DNA from: Polyangiaceae bacterium
GTDB taxonomy: Bacteria; Myxococcota_A; Polyangia; Polyangiales; Polyangiaceae
DNA: 64,000 nt
Direction: 5' to 3'
Assembly: GCA_044376115.1 (NCBI GenBank)
Contig: JBILLK010000026.1
Coordinates: 1-64,000, forward strand
Below the pieces are notes generated by a model, which was not told where the DNA came from, did not search any database, and saw nothing but the letters and a program-made list of their open reading frames with translations. Positions 1 to 9,557 of the stretch are shown one piece after another. Every line of letters begins with the position of its first letter. Within the stretch, counting starts at the first letter, position 1. Made by a program: the position numbers and the translations under genes.

Positions 1-482
1 TTTTCCGAAGAGGGCACGAGTCATTCACTCCGTGCCTTCGGCACTCCGTAGACCTCCGCGGACTCCGTCCACTTCGTGGACTCTGTCCACTCCGGTTCTG
101 TTCCCTGCATCCGCCTTCGGCGGAATGACTCGTGCCAAAGTCGATGGTCCAAGGGGCCTTCGGCCCTTTTTTCCGAAGAGGGCACGAGTCATTCACTCCG
201 TGCCTTCGGCACTCCGTAGACCTCCGCGGACTCCGTCCACTTCGTGGACTCTGTCCACTCCGGTTCTGTTCCCTGCATCCGCCTTCGGCGGAATGACTCG
301 TGCCAAAGTCGATGGTCCAAGGGGCCTTCGGCCCTTTTTTCCGAAGAGGGCACGAGTCATTCACTCCGTGCCTTCGGCACTCCGTAGACCTCCGCGGACT
401 CCGTCCACTTCGTGGACTCTGTCCACTCCGGTTCTGTTCCCTGCATCCGCCTTCGGCGGAATGGACTCGTGCCAAAGTCGAT
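1..482. repeat. Tandem array of ~2.9 copies of a 168-bp palindromic REP/BIME-like unit (may continue left of the window)
   Basis: Units start at 1, 169 and 337 and are essentially identical. Each has the IR GGCACGAGTCATTC...GAATGACTCGTGCC and several hairpins with a TTC loop. Confidence 0.9.
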
Positions 483-591
483 AAGCTGGGCCGTAGCAGG
501 CCGTCCGCAGCACCAGTGTGTCCCGCTTGGCAACGCTTGCTGGGTGTCCCCAGCGTGGTCATCCTCAGGCCTTCCGAAGCTGGAGGTTCTC

Positions 592-1503
592 ATGGAGCGT
601 AGAGACTTTTTGACGATCGCAGGTGCTGCAAGTGTTGGTGCTGCATGTGAGCCACCGCCCTCGCAAGAGGCCGCTTTGCTCGACTTGGTGGATCGGCCGG
701 TCGCGCTGCGAACACTCGGCAGCTCGCACGGGCCAATCACGCGGCTGGTGAGCCCTGGCGACATCGGCGAGGACCTCAAGCCCTTCGTCTTCCTCGACCG
801 GTTCGAACTGCGAACGGGCGGGGCCGCGCCCAACTTTGGCTGGCATCCGCATTCGGGCATCGCGACCGTCACCTACATCTTCCAAGGCGCCGCCACCTAC
901 GAAGAGACCAACGGCTCCAAGGGCGTGATCCGTGCGGGGGGTATTGAATGGATGCGCGCGAGCGGCGGCGTTTGGCACACCGGTGGCGGCCTACCAGGAG
1001 AAACCATCCGCGGCTTCCAACTCTGGGTTGCGATGCCACCCGAGCTCGAGAACGCCCAATCCGAGAGCGCCTACGTCGATCCAGGCGAAGTGCCGGCAGT
1101 TGGCCCGGCCCGGGTGATCCTCGGTCAGTATGGTGAGGCCAAGAGCCGCGTCCCGGCGCCTGAGGGTCTCACGTATCTAGCCGTCAGCTTGAAGGCCGGG
1201 GAACGCTGGACGTACGCGCCGGCAAGTGGGCACAACGTCGCCTGGCTCGCAGTTCACGTGGGGGCGCTCACGCTCCCGGCCGCCCGGCAAGGCGAGCTCG
1301 TGGTGTTCGAGGAGGGCTCGGGAGCCATCGTTATCGAGGCCAAGGTGGATACCGATCTCGTGATCGGTTCCGCTGTTAAGCACGAGCATGCGCTCGTACT
1401 TGGCCGCTACTCGGTGCACACCAGCCGTGAAGCATTACAGCAAGGCGAGGCGAACATCGCTCGCATGGGCCGTGAGTTTAGAAGCCAAGGGCGCTTCGGC
1501 TGA
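592..1503 (+). CDS. Pirin family protein with Tat/lipoprotein-like N-terminus
   Basis: Motifs PFVFLD, FGWHPHSGIATVTY, WMRASGGVWH, FQLWVAMP. GGAGG RBS before ATG 592. N-terminus MERRDFLTIAGAASVGAAC. Confidence 0.88.
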   Translation: MERRDFLTIAGAASVGAACEPPPSQEAALLDLVDRPVALRTLGSSHGPITRLVSPGDIGEDLKPFVFLDRFELRTGGAAPNFGWHPHSGIATVTYIFQGAATYEETNGSKGVIRAGGIEWMRASGGVWHTGGGLPGETIRGFQLWVAMPPELENAQSESAYVDPGEVPAVGPARVILGQYGEAKSRVPAPEGLTYLAVSLKAGERWTYAPASGHNVAWLAVHVGALTLPAARQGELVVFEEGSGAIVIEAKVDTDLVIGSAVKHEHALVLGRYSVHTSREALQQGEANIARMGREFRSQGRFG

Positions 1504-1530
1504 AGCGTCGAGGCAGCTCGATTACGAATT

Positions 1531-1555
1531 AGCCGCACACCGCGGCTTTTTCTTT
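1531..1555 (+). terminator. Putative intrinsic terminator after pirin
   Basis: AGCCGC-acacc-GCGGCT followed by TTTTCTTT. Confidence 0.6.
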
Positions 1556-1849
1556 AGGCGATAACGCGGCGCAGCTCCACGGATCGTGCTGACAGTCGAT
1601 TTATTGACGCTGCGATAGATTCCTCTCTTCAGTTGGCGGTCACCGTCACGTTGATAGGACCGAGAAGTCGTTTCTAGCGACGCCTCTCGATTGACTCGGC
1701 GGCGAGGCTGGCTCGGTGCGAGGTCGGATCAACATCCGCCTCGAGCCGCAGCCCCGAACTCGTTGGCCAGCTCGGCGGGGAGAGCTGGGCGTGCATGGCT
1801 GCACCGTGCGCGCTCTAGGCCGTTCTCTGTCCACACCAAGAGAGTGACC

Positions 1850-2554
1850 ATGAATGAGCAGGACGACGTCTTCGACTCCGATGAAGACGACAATATCGAA
1901 AATACATATCTAAATCTCGGTATCGCCGGCGAAGACTACGCGATCAACGTCGGTCATGTGACCGAGATAGTGCGGTTGCAAAAAGTCTTCGCCGTACCAG
2001 ACGTGCAAACCCACGTGCGCGGGGTCATCAATCTGCGCGGCAAAGTCATCCCGCTGCTCGACGTACGAACGCGCTTTGGATTGCCCTTCGCCGATTACAA
2101 CGACCGCACGGTCGTGGTCGTGATCGAGCTCGAAGGCACACCGACGGGGCTCGTCGTGGACGGCGTTTCCGGCATCTGTGAGATCCCGCCTGACCAAGTC
2201 GACCCCGCGCCAAGCACCATGCGCACCTCAGACCACTCGCTGATCCGCGGGCTCGGAAAGCGAGGCGAGCGGGTGAGCTTCATCATCGACGTCCCAACGC
2301 TCGTGACCACACGCGGCGTGACCCATCACCGCAAGACCGAAGAACTCCGAATCCTTCCTGCGCAAAATCATGGCCAAACTGCCAACGCCAACGGTCATTC
2401 TCAGTTCCTTGGCGCAGCAAGGCTCGAGCGTAGTCGTGCAGGCCCTCGAGGCCGGCGCACTCGATGTCGTCGCAAAGCCGACCGTCGGGATTGCCAAAGG
2501 GCTCGACGCGATGATGCAGACCTTGATCGAGCGAATCAAGGCCGTGGCCCATAG
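1850..2554 (+). CDS. cheW: Chemotaxis coupling protein CheW; C-terminal ~65 aa probably read-through across a deletion junction
   Basis: EDYAINVGHVTEIV, VRGVINLRGKVIPLLDVRTRFG, TGLVVDGV. Confidence 0.85.
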   Translation: MNEQDDVFDSDEDDNIENTYLNLGIAGEDYAINVGHVTEIVRLQKVFAVPDVQTHVRGVINLRGKVIPLLDVRTRFGLPFADYNDRTVVVVIELEGTPTGLVVDGVSGICEIPPDQVDPAPSTMRTSDHSLIRGLGKRGERVSFIIDVPTLVTTRGVTHHRKTEELRILPAQNHGQTANANGHSQFLGAARLERSRAGPRGRRTRCRRKADRRDCQRARRDDADLDRANQGRGP

Positions 2555-3368
2555 CAAGCCCATGGTTCGGTTCGTGGCGCCCGAGGTCGGCAAGCTTCAA
2601 GCGCCTCCCGCTAGGTCCTTTGAAACCACCGATACAGTAATAGGACTGGGCGCCTCGATGGGCGGCGTCGCGGCGCTAAACCGTATACTGCCTATCTTTC
2701 CGCCTTGGTCCCCCGGGGTCGTCATCGTGCAACACATGCCGGCGGATTTTACTGCACAGTTCGCCGAACGATTGAATGAGGTCTGCGCCATGCGGGTAAC
2801 CGAGGCACGACACGGTGACCGGGTGTTACCGGGCCATATTCTGGTTGCGCCTGGCGGAGATCGTCACTTGGAGATACGGCGGATTGGTGGAGAGTACCGG
2901 GTCCACTTGCAGCCGGGCCCGCCGGTCTCGGGGCACACTCCTTCGGTGGACGTCTTCTTCAACTCTCTGGCCCGTTCAGCCGGACCTCGCGCCGCTGCGT
3001 GTTTGCTTACGGGGATGGGACGGGATGGCGCGGAGGGCCTGCTAGCCTTGCGCTTGGCCGGCGGTCGTACGTTCGCGCAAGACCAAGCGACGGCGGCCGT
3101 TTGGGGAATGCCGCGTGCGGCGGTCGAGGTCGGTGCAGCCGAGCACTGCGTGGCTTTGGAACAAGTCCCTCAGACGCTGGTGCGGGCCGCGCGGCCCTCG
3201 GTCCCGCCCCGTGCCTCCTCGCTGCCACCGCGAGCGAGCGCCTCGACGCCGCCGCGAGCAAGCACCTCGACGCCGCCGCGAGCAAGCGCCTCGACGCCGC
3301 CGCGAGCAAGCGCCTCGACACCAGCACCGCGAGCAAGCGCCTCGACACCACCGCGAGCGGGCACCTGA
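2352..3368 (+). pseudogene. cheB: CheB methylesterase, 5'-truncated within the receiver domain
   Basis: Esterase motifs GASMGG, VQHMP, PSVDVFF, LTGMGRDGA, VWGMP are present. Similarity starts abruptly at SFLRKIMAKLPTPTVILSSL, and the DxxMPxMDG phosphoacceptor region is absent. Confidence 0.8.
3206..3362 (+). repeat. 24-bp coding tandem repeat (PPRASAST, about 6 copies) in the CheB tail
   Basis: Repeated CCGCGAGCAAGCGCCTCGACGCCG variants. Confidence 0.85.
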
Positions 3369-3470
3369 ACGCGCCGCGGGCTCGGGCGTCAACCAGCTGA
3401 CGCCAATTCGTTAAGCCGCTGTTCTGGCGAGCCGCTAGTCAAGCATGCCCCCACATGCCGGACTCGCTTC

Positions 3471-6003
3471 ATGAATCGAACGATCGCGACCGGGCTCGTG
3501 GCGGCGGGGGTCGCACTAGCTTCCGGCGGTCTCTACCGCGAGTATCGCGTCGCAGCGGCTGAGTCTCATCAGGCCGTACTTGTCGAGGCCGAGGCCAAGC
3601 ATGCGCAGAAGGCCCACCAGATCGAGCAATCGATCGAGCTTATCTATCAGGGGGCCCGCACCATCGCGTTGCTCCCCTCGCTGCGCGAAGTCAAAGGCGG
3701 CAATCTGCCCAAGGGCAAAGCCGATGCAGACGGCTTCGATCGCGCGCGCTTCTCGATCGATACCGAAACGACGGTGCAGCAGATCTACAACAACCTTGCC
3801 TCCAACGTGGCGGTCTCCGAGGTGTACGCGGTGCTCGATGGCTTCAAGCCAGAGCAGGGGGAGACCCCGTTCTTCATGTTCGACGAGCTGATCGTCGATG
3901 CAAAAAAGGCGGAGGCCGGCGCAGCGGAAGCGCACCACGACGCTCCCGAAGAATCAGAGGAGGCCGAGTACGCCTACTACGTTGGACTGCTCGCTGACTT
4001 CAATCGCACTCGGCCCAAGCTCGACCTCTCGACGCTCGAGCTCAATCAAGTGCCAATGGTCAGCTCCCCCGCGATGCGGACCTGCGACAATTCGCAGTAT
4101 CCATCCACCTCCGGCGATGCTCACAACGCTGACGGCATCCTCTTCAGCGTGCCCATCTATGCGCGTGACCAACACTTCGTCGGTGTGATTAGCGTGATCG
4201 CGCGGACCAACGTATTCGAGGCGATGCTGGTCGGGGTGGAGAGCCTCGCGGTTACGCCCGAGGAGAAGGCCGCGCTCAAGCGGGCTGGTAAAGAGGAGCC
4301 GGCGATCGCGAGCTTCGTGCTCTCGCGCCCAAAGCAACCGCTCACCATCGCTGACCGCCGCTTCGATCTCGCGGCCGCTCGCGCCGAAGAAGGTGGTGAG
4401 CTGCTGACGCGAACGCTCGAGCTGCCGCTCAGCGAGGGCTGGCAACTCGAGTACTTCGTCAGTTCGAGCGCCTTTGCTCCGGGCCTTACGGCGGCGCGCT
4501 ACAGCTTCGCTTACAAGCTGCTGGCGGTATGGCTCATCGCAGGTTTCTTGCTCTATGTGCTGCGCTCGTCGAGCCGGCGCACAGCGCAGGTCGAGGCCAT
4601 CCGCACGCATCTCGAGGTGCTCTCGCGCGGGCAGTTGCCGCCAGCGGTGAACGAGGCCGCGGTGGGAGAGCTCAGCCCGGCGCTTCGCGGCATCTCCGAG
4701 TGGATCGCCGAGGTCTCGCGGGGCGCGGCGGCGATCGCTGCCGGCGATCTGCACCACTCCATCGTTCAACGCTCCGACGGCGATCTGCTCGCGTTGAGCT
4801 TTCAGCGTGCACAACAGGCGCTCGTGCGCTTGGATGGCGATTGCCAGCAGCTGATCCGCGCGGTGCGCGAGGGCCGGCTCTCTGAGCGCGCAGCGTCCGG
4901 GACGCACGAGGGCGCCTATCGTGGCTTGGTTGAAGGGCTCAACAGCATTCTTGCCGCCGCAGCGTCGCCCATCCACGAGGCGAAGCAGGTGCTGTACCGC
5001 ATCGCGGAGCGCGACCTTTCGGCGCGCATGACCGGGGCGTATAGCGGAGATTGGGACGACATCGAGCAGAGCCTCAACCAGGCCGCAGACAACCTCGAGA
5101 ACGCGCTCAGTCAAGGTCTACAATGCCGCCGATCAAGTGTCGACGGCGGCAGGCGAGATCACCATCGGCAATAGCTCGCTCGCGAACACGGCTATTCAAC
5201 AAGCGAAGTCCCTAGATCAGGTGACCCATCGGCTACAGACGGTCAGCGCAGGCGGAGAAGCCACCGCGGCCAACGCGCTCGAGGCTCAAGCCATCGCCCG
5301 TTCAGCGAAGGGAGCAGCCGAGCGCGGAAGACACAGTATGGGCGAGCTATCCTCGGCGATCGCGCAGATCGAGACAGCCAGCGGCAAGACCGCGCAGATC
5401 GTAAGGACGATCGATGAAATCGCCTTTCAAACCAACTTGCTCGCGCTCAACGCTGCAGTGGAGGCCGCGCGTGCCGGCGACGCAGGTCGCGGTTTTGCCG
5501 TCGTCGCCGAAGAGGTGCGCAACCTTGCGATGCGTTCAGCCGAAGCTGCGCGCAGCAGTACGCAGGTGATCGCCGAGGCGGTGGGCAGCGCGCAGCGCGG
5601 CGTTGCTTTCAACCAAGAAGTCACCGCCGCCTTGGACGAGATCCGCAACCACGTCGCTAAAGTCGAGACGGTGATTCAAGAGATCGCCGGCTCCGCTGCG
5701 AGTCAGGCGGAGGCCGTGCGTGAGATCCATGTCGTCGTGGGGGAGGTCTCGCAATCAACGCAGCAAGGCGCGGCGACCACCGAGCAATCTGCGTCTGCGG
5801 CCGGGCAGCTCTCTGGGCAGGCCGAAGCGATGAAGTCGCTGGTATCGACCTTCCAGCTGCGCGATGGATCCCAGCACGCGGTGCACCCGATGCCACCGCG
5901 GCCGATCAAAGTGCCGGTACCTACGCGTTCGAGCGCGGGAAAGAAGCAGCGGCATCTGCGTTCGGTGCCGCCACCCGATTCGTACTCAAACCGAGGCAGG
6001 TGA
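3471..6003 (+). CDS. Methyl-accepting chemotaxis protein (TM-sensor-TM-HAMPs-signalling domain), +1 frameshift at ~5115
   Basis: Signalling hairpin [40 protein letters not shown] in ORF 5137-6003. Removing one G of GG at 5115-5116 gives continuous [21 protein letters not shown]. Confidence 0.85.
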
Positions 6004-6035
6004 GCGCTCGTGCGAGCGCGCATCGCTCGCTCGCG

Positions 6036-6872
6036 TTAGAGACAGACCTGCGCGTCGGCGGCGCAGGCGTTGCAGTTCGAGTCGAAGCACGGATCGTAGA
6101 TCACCGTCGTGCAAGAGGTGCCCGCAGTGCAGGACGCAGGGTCGCAGTCGTCGGCTGCGTAGCAGCCGGCGGGGAAGTCACTCGGGGTGTCTCCGCAACC
6201 AGGCGTGAGCCAGCGGCAAGTTGCATCGGCTTGGCACAAAGTGCTGTTTGCGTAGCTTGCGCAGGCCGGCTCCGTCGGCGTGCAGGTGGGCACGATCCAC
6301 TCCCACACGAGCGGCTCCTCGGGGCTCGCTTGCACGCACTCAGCGGCGACCATGGCCGGACCGCAGGCCGTGTCCATCGCGTACACGCAACCCACCGGCG
6401 GACCAAAGCCAACCTCGCACGGCGTGCCTTCTGCGGGCGCTTCCACCGGGCACGGAGGCGGCGGGTTGCAAGACAGACCTTGGTTGGTCCACGCACCGTC
6501 AACGCACTCATACGGCTCCGGACCACAGCCGAAGTCTTCGCCTTCGCAGGTCTCCGCACCAACGCACGGTTGATCGAGCCGCTCGGCGCACGGCACCTCG
6601 GGCGGAGGCGGATTGCACGGCGGGGAATTGTCCACCCAAACGCCGTCCTCCCCGCACACCATCTCGACACTGCACGCGTCGCTGTAATCGCAGGTGAGGT
6701 CGCCCTCACAGCTATCCCCGGCGGTGGGCCGGGCGCTCGGGCAGTCATCGGGCTCGACCACAGTGACATTGCAGGCCGAAGCCGCCACAGCGAGACCCAC
6801 GGTCACCACGAAGGAGGCACGCGGGGCTTTCTTCTTTTTCGTCGTACGTCGGCTGCTGGTCGGCTCGGTCAT
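6036..6872 (-). CDS. Cys/Pro-rich lipoprotein, hypothetical
   Basis: Lipobox AASAC, repeated CP..P..G..C and CNPPPP modules, GAGGAG RBS. Confidence 0.75.
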   Translation of the reverse strand: MTEPTSSRRTTKKKKAPRASFVVTVGLAVAASACNVTVVEPDDCPSARPTAGDSCEGDLTCDYSDACSVEMVCGEDGVWVDNSPPCNPPPPEVPCAERLDQPCVGAETCEGEDFGCGPEPYECVDGAWTNQGLSCNPPPPCPVEAPAEGTPCEVGFGPPVGCVYAMDTACGPAMVAAECVQASPEEPLVWEWIVPTCTPTEPACASYANSTLCQADATCRWLTPGCGDTPSDFPAGCYAADDCDPASCTAGTSCTTVIYDPCFDSNCNACAADAQVCL

Positions 6873-7003
6873 GACTCTCCTCGGATCTGGCGCAGGCTGG
6901 CTCAATGATCGCCTGCAACCTCCGCTGAGCAAGTCCCCTGCCAACCACGAAAGGCCGCATCAAAAGCCAAGCGGCCTGCAGACTCAGCCGCTACCCTGAT
7001 CGT

Positions 7004-7960
7004 GTGCGCTCGTTCTTCGCTTTGATTGGCCTGCTCTCATTCACCGCCTGTTCGGACAGCGGCAACCCCGGCGGGGGCGGCTCCAGCTCCTCCAGCAGTG
7101 AAAGCTCTGGGCCGGGTGACTCGAGTTCCAGCACCTCGAGTGGGCCGATTGGCTGTTCGCCGTGCACCTCGCCCAAGAAGTTGGAGCAGCCCAAGAACGA
7201 CGACATCGACGAGGCCTCCGGATTGGTGGCCAGCCGCGAGCACTCCGGCGTGCTGTACGTGACCAATGATTCAGGCGACAGCGCACGCTTCTTCGCCACC
7301 GACGACAGCGGCAAAGACCTCGGCGTCTACAACCTGACCGCGGTGAAGAACCGCGATTGGGAGGCCATCTCCTTGGGCCCGTGCGCGGACCCTCGAGCCA
7401 GCTGCTTGTACATCGGAGACATCGGGGACAACCGCCAGAACCGCAGTGACTACGCCGTGCATCGCGTGGCCGAGCCGAGCAGCGTGCAAGCGGGTTTGCA
7501 CTCGCTCACCTCCGAAACCTTTCGCTTCCGCTACCCCGACGGCAAACACGACGCCGAGGCGCTGTTCATCGATCCGCGCGACGGCAAGCCGTACATCCTG
7601 ACCAAGACCATCCGCCAGGCGAAGCTCTTCTCCTTCCCATTGCCGCTCGACGCCAAGAGCGAGGTCGAGCTCGTCTTCGAGGGCCAAGCTGTGATCCCCG
7701 ATCTCGTCGCGACGGTCACCGCCGCCGACATGGCGCCCGACGCCCACGGCATCCTGGTCCGTACCTACTCCAGCGTTTGGTTCTTCGAAGTGAAGGAAGG
7801 CGAAACCATCGCCGCCGCGTTGGCGCGCACCCCTTGCGGCTACCCAACCCCGAATGAAACCCAAGGCGAAACCATCGCCTGGCAAGCCGATAGCGCCGGC
7901 TTTCGCACCCTGGCCGAAGGCAAGAAGGAAGAGATCACGCAGATCGCCTGCGGCAACTGA
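7004..7960 (+). CDS. Lipoprotein with probable beta-propeller domain
   Basis: Lipobox FTAC, Ser/Gly linker, motifs EASGL, NDSGD, DWEAI, IGDIGDN, DAEAL, QGETIAW. Confidence 0.75.
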   Translation: MRSFFALIGLLSFTACSDSGNPGGGGSSSSSSESSGPGDSSSSTSSGPIGCSPCTSPKKLEQPKNDDIDEASGLVASREHSGVLYVTNDSGDSARFFATDDSGKDLGVYNLTAVKNRDWEAISLGPCADPRASCLYIGDIGDNRQNRSDYAVHRVAEPSSVQAGLHSLTSETFRFRYPDGKHDAEALFIDPRDGKPYILTKTIRQAKLFSFPLPLDAKSEVELVFEGQAVIPDLVATVTAADMAPDAHGILVRTYSSVWFFEVKEGETIAAALARTPCGYPTPNETQGETIAWQADSAGFRTLAEGKKEEITQIACGN

Positions 7961-7965
7961 GCTCT

Positions 7966-9522
7966 CTAAGTCTCCATCGCCGCGCGAAGTCCCGATTGCA
8001 GCGCGCCGTTGATGTAGCCGCCAACCCAGTCGGTCGCTGTCTCTGCGCCGCTCCAATGAATGCGCCCGTTGGGACGGCGCAGCGCCGGACCATGAGCATG
8101 GAACTGGCCGGGCTTGAAGAAGGCCGCCGGGCAGCCACCGCTCACGCCCGTGCTCCAATCCCGATCGCTGAAGTTGGTGCAGGCGGACTCGATTACCTCG
8201 AAGGGCGTTTCGAAGATGCGCGACCAATGCGAAAGTACGATCTTCTTCCGCTCGGCCGTTGTCTTCTGAGCGAGCTCCCTGGCTCTCGCGCCAACGATGA
8301 AACCCATCAGGCAGTGCGTCACGACGTCCTGCTCCCGCCAAGAGTTATCCATCGTCCACACCACCGGCGAGTCAGGCGTATTGCGCGCGCTGAGCGCATA
8401 TCCGGATGCGCCGCGCTCCTCCTTCCACCACGGCCGGTTGAACGTGGCGAAGGTCTTGATGGTCTGGCCCATTCCCATCGCGTCGGGAGGGAACGAGGTC
8501 GCGTTGCCGTCGATCAACAGTTTGTTTCGCAGCGTCGGCGTCGTCGCGACGATCACGTGCTCGGCCTCGATCGTGTAGATACCGCCGCTGCTTGAGCGCG
8601 CGGTCACCGTCACGCCTTGACCATCTTTGCGGTGCCGGAGCTCCGTCACCTGCATCGAGGTGCGGATGGTGGCTGCAGCGTGCGGGTTGTCGATCAGGAG
8701 CTTGTTGCGAATCGCATTGTCCTTGGTGACCGCCATGCGCAGCTCCCGGACCATGGCGCTTGCCCCATCTTTGAACCGAAAGCTGTCGGCCCCGCCGCCA
8801 ACCGCCATCACGTTCACGAAGGAGCCGCCCGTGGCGCAGTAGTAAAGCAGATACAACATCGAGATATCGGTCGTCTCGGTGGAGAGCGCAGAGCGCACGC
8901 CCACGCGCAACAGATCCTGCACGTGGGTGTTCTGGTACTTGGAGCCGATCCAATCCTCGACCGATAAGGCATCGAGGGCTTTGGCGTTCGGGTAGTCCCA
9001 CGGGGAATCCAGAAAACAGCGCAGCTGCAACACCAGCGTCTCCAGCTCCGCGATCGCAGCGAAGAGCGCGTCCTCGTTGCTCGTTGCGCCGTCCGTTTGG
9101 AGCTCCGACAGCTGACGTGGATCAAAGAAGCCACCGAGCAGTCCGAAGGACTTCAGCAGCGCTTCCGACGTTCCAGGCGGGACCGCAAAGCTTCGCTTGT
9201 CGAACTTGAGCAGCTGCCCATTCCACCATTCGGTTCGATGGTAGAAATTCACGTCCAGGTCGTTCGAGATGCGCTCGAGTTTGAGCACGTCTGCGAAGCG
9301 CATCGTGTAGCTCTGTAACGGCCCAAAGTAGGCGGCGCCGTAGTCAATGCCTTTGCGACTGGGGTCCGTAGCGATGCGCCCTCCAGGCTCTGCCTCCCGT
9401 TCGAACAGCTCGACCCGTCTGCCTTGCTGCTGAAGGACAAACGCCGCCGTCAGCCCAGCGATACCGGCGCCCACGACCACGACCTCACAGGACGGAAGTT
9501 CCTCAATGCTCGATTCAGTCAT
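7966..9522 (-). CDS. Flavin monoamine oxidase family FAD oxidoreductase
   Basis: VVVGAGIAGLTAA, FERE..PGGR, DYGAAYF, C-terminal IHWSGAETATDWVGGYINGALQSGLRAA. Confidence 0.85.
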   Translation of the reverse strand: MTESSIEELPSCEVVVVGAGIAGLTAAFVLQQQGRRVELFEREAEPGGRIATDPSRKGIDYGAAYFGPLQSYTMRFADVLKLERISNDLDVNFYHRTEWWNGQLLKFDKRSFAVPPGTSEALLKSFGLLGGFFDPRQLSELQTDGATSNEDALFAAIAELETLVLQLRCFLDSPWDYPNAKALDALSVEDWIGSKYQNTHVQDLLRVGVRSALSTETTDISMLYLLYYCATGGSFVNVMAVGGGADSFRFKDGASAMVRELRMAVTKDNAIRNKLLIDNPHAAATIRTSMQVTELRHRKDGQGVTVTARSSSGGIYTIEAEHVIVATTPTLRNKLLIDGNATSFPPDAMGMGQTIKTFATFNRPWWKEERGASGYALSARNTPDSPVVWTMDNSWREQDVVTHCLMGFIVGARARELAQKTTAERKKIVLSHWSRIFETPFEVIESACTNFSDRDWSTGVSGGCPAAFFKPGQFHAHGPALRRPNGRIHWSGAETATDWVGGYINGALQSGLRAAMET

Positions 9523-9557
9523 GCTCACTCCTCCCTCAATCGGCACGCGTCACGCAC

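Noticed and set aside
1..482. CRISPR array or a real 150-aa repeat protein (ORF 32-484)
   Set aside because: Units are identical with no unique spacers and no cas genes. The ORF is a by-product of the 168-bp (multiple of 3) period.
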